Under the pieces are notes generated by a model, which saw only the letters and a program-made list of their open reading frames with translations, was not told where the DNA came from and did no database searches. The translations under genes were made by a program, and so were the position numbers. Of a stretch of 39,488 bases of DNA, positions 36,101 to 39,488 are shown piece after piece (the stretch's first letter is position 1; each line of letters begins with the position of its first letter). The DNA comes from Phoronis australis (taxonomy: Eukaryota > Animalia > Phoronida), in contig NMRA01001201.1 of NCBI GenBank assembly GCA_002633005.1, positions 1-39,488 of the forward strand, given 5' to 3'.

Positions 36101-36315
36101 AACTAACTGCTTGAATGGATCGACCGATGTGTTGGTAGGATACATAGTAAACTGAAACAACACCAACTTATTTAAGTTCTCACCTGTAGAGCAATCTTGC
36201 CCCATAAACCCAGGTGGACAGATGCACTCCCCTGTGATGTCGTGACAAATGCCTCCGTTCTTACATTGTGGACAATCCTCAGTGCAATCAACGCCGTATT
36301 TACCACTTGGGCATA
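1..36315 (-). CDS. Receptor-type tyrosine-protein phosphatase with Tie-like EGF x3 / FN3 ectodomain (spliced, 23 exons visible, partial at both ends)
   Basis: Exons in transcript order: 36184-36315, 24317-24466, 19378-19521, 18177-18485, 17882-17946, 16981-17191, 15147-15452, 14228-14530, 13525-13631, 12021-12195, 11201-11309, 10149-10416, 9648-9711, 8608-8710, 7913-7980, 6993-7177, 6505-6592, 5818-5931, 5411-5508, 1655-1777, 1137-1300, 668-803, 1-107. All have AG/GT boundaries, the phases join into one open frame, and PTP motifs occur in canonical order. Confidence 0.93.
668..803 (-). CDS. RPTP exon: PTP D1 active site (SAGVGRTG) to Q-loop
   Basis: tttgcag|T GCT...CTG|gtatga, 136 bp. [46 protein letters not shown]. 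Confidence 0.96.
1137..1300 (-). CDS. RPTP exon: PTP D1 WPD loop to VHC
   Basis: [22 protein letters not shown]...PTVVHC, donor TGC AG|gtacgt. The acceptor is ambiguous: in-frame AGs give exon boundaries at 1300, 1285 or 1282. Confidence 0.92.
1655..1777 (-). CDS. RPTP exon: PTP D1 motif 7 (KCxxYWP)
   Basis: ttctag|CGC...AAG|gtagga, 123 bp. [41 protein letters not shown]. Confidence 0.95.
2754..4428 (+). mobile_element. Kolobok-type DNA transposon, non-autonomous/decayed, with THAP relic
   Basis: TTAA at 2750-2753 and 4429-4432. Imperfect TIR AGGAAAATGCCAC / AGGAGCATGCCAC, with subterminal similarity (acatacggtcgacattacct vs acgtacggttgcgttacct) and an internal THAP-like frame. Confidence 0.7.
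2927..3160 (+). pseudogene. THAP zinc-finger relic
   Basis: One frame from ATG 2927: [24 protein letters not shown]...NHLRVCGLQ. This fits THAP C-x4-C ... F.FP ... RVC..H, with a stop and lost W/H residues. Confidence 0.65.
5411..5508 (-). CDS. RPTP exon: PTP D1 motifs 5-6
   Basis: ccttag|GT...AAG|gtagga, 98 bp. [32 protein letters not shown]. Confidence 0.95.
5818..5931 (-). CDS. RPTP exon: PTP D1 motifs 2-4
   Basis: ttctag|AT...ATG G|gtaagt, 114 bp. [37 protein letters not shown](G). Confidence 0.94.
6505..6592 (-). CDS. RPTP exon: PTP D1 motif 1 (KNRF)
   Basis: tttttcag|AGC...GCA T|gtaaat, 88 bp. [29 protein letters not shown](Y). Confidence 0.93.
6993..7177 (-). CDS. RPTP exon: juxtamembrane 2 / wedge region
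   Basis: aaaacag|AA...GAG|gtacat, 185 bp, phase 1-0. [13 protein letters not shown]...[34 protein letters not shown]. Confidence 0.87.
7913..7980 (-). CDS. RPTP exon: juxtamembrane 1
   Basis: tttctag|A...GAC G|gtgagt, 68 bp, phase 2-1. (R)[22 protein letters not shown]. Confidence 0.82.
8608..8710 (-). CDS. RPTP exon: transmembrane helix
   Basis: tgtcag|CA...CGG AG|gtgaga, 103 bp, phase 1-2. [25 protein letters not shown] followed by basic stop-transfer residues. Confidence 0.9.
9648..9711 (-). CDS. RPTP exon: extracellular stalk
   Basis: ctttcttttgttttag|GAG...GAA G|gtgatt, 64 bp, phase 0-1. [21 protein letters not shown]. The only canonical exon I found that bridges phase 0 to phase 1 here. 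Confidence 0.75.
9965..10022 (-). pseudogene. Candidate dead or alternative stalk exon with CAT instead of CAG acceptor
   Basis: About 40-nt pyrimidine tract ending ctttaCAT, then ACC TAT ATG...CTA GAA G|gtgatt. 58 bp, phase 0-1, same phase and donor context as exon 9648-9711. Confidence 0.45.
10149..10416 (-). CDS. RPTP exon: membrane-proximal FN3-like domain with RRRR furin site
   Basis: aaacag|G...TTC|gtaagt, 268 bp, phase 2-0. FYLIVVE...TRRRRD...YITA...[25 protein letters not shown], the F.VGD..TY.GY.N..L motif of R2A/R2B RPTPs. Confidence 0.92.
11201..11309 (-). CDS. RPTP exon: start of membrane-proximal FN3-like domain
   Basis: tgcag|AC...ATC AA|gtaagt, 109 bp, phase 1-2. (D)[35 protein letters not shown]. 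Confidence 0.83.
12021..12195 (-). CDS. RPTP exon: FN3 domain 5, C-terminal part
   Basis: cttttag|TTG...TCT G|gtagat, 175 bp, phase 0-1. [26 protein letters not shown]. Confidence 0.92.
12440..13078 (+). repeat. Dispersed repeat / MITE-like copy A
   Basis: 12440-12705 aligns in the same orientation with 36729-36933 (tctggctcaagtct...tctgaaata...tgaatgtac...tttcacatttttatt...ttaacagt). It ends in a gggtcg-rich tract plus ttttagaacaatcc. Confidence 0.7.
13525..13631 (-). CDS. RPTP exon: FN3 domain 5, N-terminal part
   Basis: ttttcag|TT...AAG|gtatgt, 107 bp, phase 1-0. (V)[35 protein letters not shown]. Confidence 0.9.
13690..13888 (-). pseudogene. Decayed FN3 exon (pseudo-exon) in the intron between FN3-4 and FN3-5
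   Basis: Reads [23 protein letters not shown]...[11 protein letters not shown]. There is an in-frame TAA just upstream, the putative acceptor reads cttttactaCAA, and the C-terminal G.GP motif is missing. Confidence 0.7.
14228..14530 (-). CDS. RPTP exon: FN3 domain 4
   Basis: tctttag|CA...GAG G|gtgagt, 303 bp, phase 1-1. NGVISHHEY...[26 protein letters not shown]. Confidence 0.93.
15147..15452 (-). CDS. RPTP exon: FN3 domain 3
   Basis: ttttatag|CG...TAC G|gtgagg, 306 bp, phase 1-1. [23 protein letters not shown]...[13 protein letters not shown]. Confidence 0.93.
15629..15657 (+). repeat. (GATT)n microsatellite, imperfect
   Basis: ttgattgattacttgattgattgattgat. Confidence 0.8.
16981..17191 (-). 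CDS. RPTP exon: FN3 domain 2, C-terminal part
   Basis: acattcag|GAA...AAA G|gtactt, 211 bp, phase 0-1. [16 protein letters not shown]...[14 protein letters not shown]. Confidence 0.85.
17882..17946 (-). CDS. RPTP exon: FN3 domain 2, N-terminal part
   Basis: atttcag|AG...CCA|gtaaga, 65 bp, phase 1-0. (E)[21 protein letters not shown]. Not in the ORF track but needed to restore frame. Confidence 0.82.
18177..18485 (-). CDS. RPTP exon: FN3 domain 1
   Basis: ttttatag|AA...GGA G|gtacac, 309 bp, phase 1-1. TLSVRWTAW...[13 protein letters not shown]...YWVRIRI FN3 pattern. Confidence 0.9.
18645..18720 (+). repeat. Short dispersed repeat fragment (second copy about 27135-27208)
   Basis: gggcaaggtgagtatcgactgagccac...atgttgat versus gggcaaggtgagtgtcggttgacccac...atgttgat. 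Confidence 0.6.
19378..19521 (-). CDS. RPTP exon: EGF repeat 3
   Basis: tttcag|AA...ACA G|gtttgt, 144 bp, phase 1-1. (E)[47 protein letters not shown]. Confidence 0.92.
20264..22515 (+). mobile_element. Decayed L1/Tx1-clade non-LTR retrotransposon ORF2 (APE endonuclease, partial RT, C-terminal Cys motif)
   Basis: Broken frames give LKITS*NCRGLG..KRKDV, CCLQD, AGDFN, YTW...[65 protein letters not shown] and CPLC, with many stops and frameshifts. It is antisense to the host gene. Confidence 0.9.
24317..24466 (-). CDS. RPTP exon: EGF repeat 2 (Tie-like DPYGCSC)
   Basis: ttaaaaag|GT...GAA G|gtattc, 150 bp, phase 1-1. (G)[49 protein letters not shown]. Confidence 0.92.
24820..25110 (-). pseudogene. 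THAP-domain relic of a DNA transposon (element about 24590-25725, ends uncertain)
   Basis: 24994-25072 reads [24 protein letters not shown] (THAP C-terminal half with AVPT-box equivalent). DHSY (HCF-1-binding D/EHxY motif) follows at 24824-24835 in another frame. Confidence 0.75.
26198..27640. mobile_element. Decayed TIR DNA transposon (Kolobok-like)
   Basis: Perfect 21-bp subterminal inverted repeat gtgacgtcactgaggctgtac (about 26342) / gtacagcctcagtgacgtcac (about 27454). The right end ttcaggcctctt is followed by TTAA; the left end is degenerate. Confidence 0.5.
29752..30025. other. Assembly gap (N run) in a repeat-rich intron
   Basis: Run of Ns; ORFs spanning it are artefacts. Confidence 0.99.
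31956..33897. mobile_element. Kolobok-type non-autonomous DNA transposon
   Basis: TTAA at 31952-31955 and 33898-33901. 15-bp TIR GGTAGGTGTATACAC / GGTAGGTGGATACAC (14/15) with RR...YY termini. No transposase ORF recognised. Confidence 0.85.
34328..34610 (+). repeat. Diverged tandem duplication, about 200-bp period
   Basis: gagacgtgg.aaaa.tttc ... aggctatcggcaaat occurs at about 34328-34416 and about 34532-34607. Confidence 0.55.
36184..36315 (-). CDS. RPTP exon: EGF repeat 1 (Tie-like)
   Basis: gttgcag|TA...ACA G|gtgaga, 132 bp, phase 1-1. (V)[43 protein letters not shown]; [12 protein letters not shown] matches Tie2 EGF1 as I recall it. Confidence 0.9.
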
Positions 36316-36549
36316 CTGCAACGACAAAAAATCGAGCGCTAGGTCCCGGAACCACAGTCAGAGTCTCCGAACGTACTTGTCGTATCCCAGTAATTCTACT
36401 GACTTTTCATAACTGCTTAATTTCTTGTATTGAAATACTTTTTAATTGCTAGATTTCCATTACAGAAATGTGTCCCGTATATTTTTTCCACAAAAAAACA
36501 AGTTTTCAGGAAGATGTTCGTAATATGCATAACGTTATAACTTTACACG

Positions 36550-36933
36550 GAAGAACTGTTCTAAAGCCTCCTCCACCCCTACGCCCCAAGAGCCCCTTCG
36601 ACCTACAACCCCCACGACCCACGACCTATGGCAATAGAGGTATTTTATTTTGCACTTTTCGCATACTATATAATTCTATTACGTCGCTGACTGACTTTTC
36701 CATAATACATATGCCCTACACGCGAGTCTGCTCTGGCTCAAGTCTTTAAAACAGAAAGTGGCGAGAGAACGTGATCTGAAATAGCGCATTGTGAGCGTGC
36801 TATCGTTGGCCCAATTTTAGGAAGAAAGTTCGTTAACATGAATGTACTTTGTTTCACATTTTTATTCCCTTTCTGTTGTTTTCACGTTTGAAATATGCTC
36901 CACATAACGTTGAAATACGCTTTATTTAACAGT
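36550..36933 (+). repeat. Dispersed repeat / MITE-like copy B
   Basis: Begins tgttctaaagcc plus a cgaccc-rich tract, the reverse complement of the end of copy A, then shares the internal block with copy A. Confidence 0.7.
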
Positions 36934-37099
36934 GCGTGAGTACTGACTTGTCCTTGAGACAGCACAGCTAGACAGCCTAACCGTGTTTCTTGAGTTTGGG
37001 TTCGTCTCCGTTGGAATGGACATGGATATGGAATTCGCCTCCGAAGATGGGTCCGTTTAAGAAATTGTTTGCATGTCCTTCAGTTTGGTTTGCGCGCGT

Positions 37100-38035
37100 T
37101 TGGTTGTTTTAGTGTTTTGCAGGCGATAAAGTGTAAGACGTATAGATTTCTAGTTTGGCCTATTTTGTGATTTACATATGGACATGTAATATAAAAAATA
37201 CGTCGTCGGTGTTATTAACCACTCTTGTCGTAGCACATTCTAGGTCATGTGAGAAAGTACGTTCCGTGCTACGTATAATTCCCGTTCATTGGCGTCAATT
37301 GTTAAAAATAAAAACAGATGGAATCAATTAAAAGCTCGTACTTGTACTTTGTTTGTCACAACTTGGTTATCATAATCAGTCTTGGTGGGTGATCTCTCCC
37401 CACAGTTGCCTAGTTGCAATTCACTGCATATGATATGCTTTTTCAGTCAGACGTGATCGGAAGATCCTCCTATATAATTGGGCAAGTTTTGTAAGGAAAC
37501 TTCTGTCTGTGTGTGGTTTTTCAGAAGTATGGATTAATCAGGGTGTGGTAAATCAAGCGTATTTCTTGACTGTTTTTCTCAACGTGTCAACGACTGTTAT
37601 TTGCAAGGTTGGCAATCTGATATCGAATGTAACGCAAAACTGCCTTACTATGTGGGGTACAAAACAATGTATCATCTTGAGAATTATCTAGAAATGGTTG
37701 GTATCCCACGTGTTTTTATCTAGTCTCTGACTCGATTGCGATGTTGAAATCATTCGTTACTAGTGGAAAGAGGTGGCCACACAAATATTCCCTATGAAAA
37801 CAGGTTGTGTGAGTTATGTAATTCTGGGTGTGTAGAGGACGAATAGCACGTTGTGTTGGTTTGTAGTGCGTACCAAGACCTTCGGGTTAAGTACTTAAGT
37901 GATCGTTTTTGTCATTCTCCCACGACATCTAAATTTGATTCTCTCATTAGAACTCCAGATAGCCTAATTATTAAATTCGTAGATCACGCTCTCAAGCGTC
38001 ATAATGTATTATCCAGTTTGAAACGTGGCACCTAA
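37100..38035 (+). mobile_element. 3' fragment of an RTE-X-like LINE
   Basis: Broken frames give CGFSEVWINQGV, FSQRV.D...QGW, and NIPYENRLCELCNSGCVEDE*HVVLVCSAYQDLRVKYL (C-terminal CCHC-type motif). 5' boundary approximate. Confidence 0.75.
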
Positions 38036-38059
38036 CAATGTTCTGTCTTGTACATGATA

Positions 38060-38308
38060 TACGGTAAAGTCGCGTGATTTTCGGACACTGAAAATTAATT
38101 CCAAGAGAAAAAAATCATTCTTGGACGAATCTAGTGAGGGTGCAAAATCTGTCTTACCACCGCCATATATTTTGCAGAAATTACTGTCTTCTAGTCTTGA
38201 GCAAGAAGGAAGTGGAGACCTATTTTAAAGTGGTCTACGGTAAAGTCGCGTGATTTTCGGACACTGAAAATTAATTCCAATAGAAAAAATTCATTCTTGG
38301 ACGAATCT
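38060..38308 (+). repeat. 73-bp direct duplication (38060-38132 and 38236-38308) of a MITE-like end
   Basis: tacggtaaagtcgcgtgattttcggacactgaaaattaattccaa...ggacgaatct occurs twice with about 2 mismatches. The second copy is followed by the inverted motif gtgtccgaa (about 38328 and 38369). Confidence 0.85.
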
Positions 38309-38781
38309 CGCGAAATATCATTTTGTGGTGTCCGAATTTGGCGGACCTCCAAATTTGGGTTTCCGCTAGTGTCCGAATTTCGTAGGTGTACATTATTTCG
38401 ATGAGCGGTCGTAGTATCAACAATGCTGTCATTTGATAGCAGTATAATTGCAGGTAAATGAGACTCAAATGGTCTGAGCGATTAATTTTTGAAAATCTGG
38501 CTTTCCCAATAAGAAATGTGCGTCGTCAACGCACAAAGACCGTTCCCAACAAGTGTTGGTTCTTCTTTTCAAAGATGTGCTTTCTCAATATGAAATATTG
38601 GGCTTGCATTGCCGATGCTCAAAAACCGTTCTCGGCAAGAGACGGAATCTTTCCAAAACTGCGCTATCTCACTTGAAATATCGGCCGGGCTGCGTTGTGA
38701 AGAGTCTTCCTGGTGACAAATATGGGCTTTTCAATGAGTGGGTCTGGTTTGCGTTGTTGACGCACATGAAACATTACAGAC

Positions 38782-39093
38782 AACCGATTCTCTTTTGTAA
38801 AAATGCATTTTCTCAATAAAAAATGTCGAGTTTGCGCTGTCAACGCATGGTTTCCCAATAAAAAGCTGGACTTGCGTATTCGCCGCACAAAGAGGGTTCC
38901 CGACCATCAAAACATGCGCTTTCTCAATTTTAACGAATTTTGCATTAAACGTAACAGTAAACCGATTCTCTTTTGTAAAAATGCGTTTTCTCAATAAAAA
39001 ATGTCGAGTTTGCGCTGTCAACGCATGGTTTCCCAATGAAAAGCTGGACTTGCGCTTTCTCAATTTTAACGAATTTTGCATTAGACGTAACAG
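38782..39093 (+). repeat. Tandem duplication, 178-bp period
   Basis: Units start at 38782 and 38960 and are near-identical; the second lacks 42 bp. More diverged tttctcaat/ttcccaa subunits extend upstream to about 38500. Confidence 0.9.
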
Positions 39094-39488
39094 CAATGGA
39101 TGTGGGAACGAGTTCAGTGAAGAAAGTGACGAACAATGACAAGAACATAGCATATATTTATGTTTGTTAAACGTATCCATGCATTGTCTGCTGGTTACAA
39201 ATCGAAACGCAAGTTAACTCTGACACGTTTATTTCCATATTATCTGAAAGCTCAGTTTCAACATAAAAACTTTGATTGAACAATTACCCAAAACAGAATA
39301 AAAAGACAATCATGATAATAAAACGAGTAGTTTCTCATCTACTCATGATCCCCATTTGTCGTCCTGGTAGTCGTCTGAATTGTTGAAGAAGCGCTGTCGT
39401 TCTACAAGTTTAGGCCTACTGCAAACGATGGGAATGCGTCGACTAGTACAGTGCTGCGCGGCTGAAGACACGATTAACTAACATATTG

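Noticed and set aside
19378-36315. Separate MEGF10/Draper-like or Tie kinase gene for the EGF exons
   Set aside because: Same strand and phase-compatible with the FN3 exons, and no intervening TM, stop, kinase or signal-peptide exon was seen. A single gene is more parsimonious, pending cDNA.
1-36315. Assigning a vertebrate symbol (PTPRK/PTPRT/PTPRA/TEK)
   Set aside because: The architecture matches none of them, and orthology cannot be established without a phylogeny.
38060-39093. Repeats resembling a CRISPR or other regular array
   Set aside because: Only two copies of each unit, no repeat-spacer regularity, and a eukaryotic intron context.

Overview
Eukaryotic (invertebrate-like, AT-rich, intron-rich) genomic DNA with one assembly gap (29752-30025). 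A single large spliced gene lies on the minus strand and runs off both ends of the window. I could join 23 exons by hand (36315 down to 1, 3529 nt, about 1175 codons), all GT-AG and phase-compatible. It encodes a receptor-type protein tyrosine phosphatase (RPTP): three EGF repeats closely resembling those of Tie1/Tie2 angiopoietin receptors, five FN3 domains, an R2A/R2B-type membrane-proximal FN3-like domain with an RRRR furin site, a TM helix, a Tyr-containing juxtamembrane segment and an apparently active PTP D1 domain ([14 protein letters not shown]-loop), followed by the start of the D1-D2 linker. The main finding is this Tie-like ectodomain joined to a phosphatase rather than a kinase. 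Two apparent dead exons with mutated acceptors sit in its introns. The introns also hold TTAA-flanked Kolobok-type DNA transposons, THAP relics, a decayed L1/Tx1 LINE, an RTE-X-like LINE fragment, MITE-like repeats and tandem duplications. Most ORFs in the supplied track are spurious or are exon read-through. All comparisons to known proteins and exon sizes are from memory, not from database searches.
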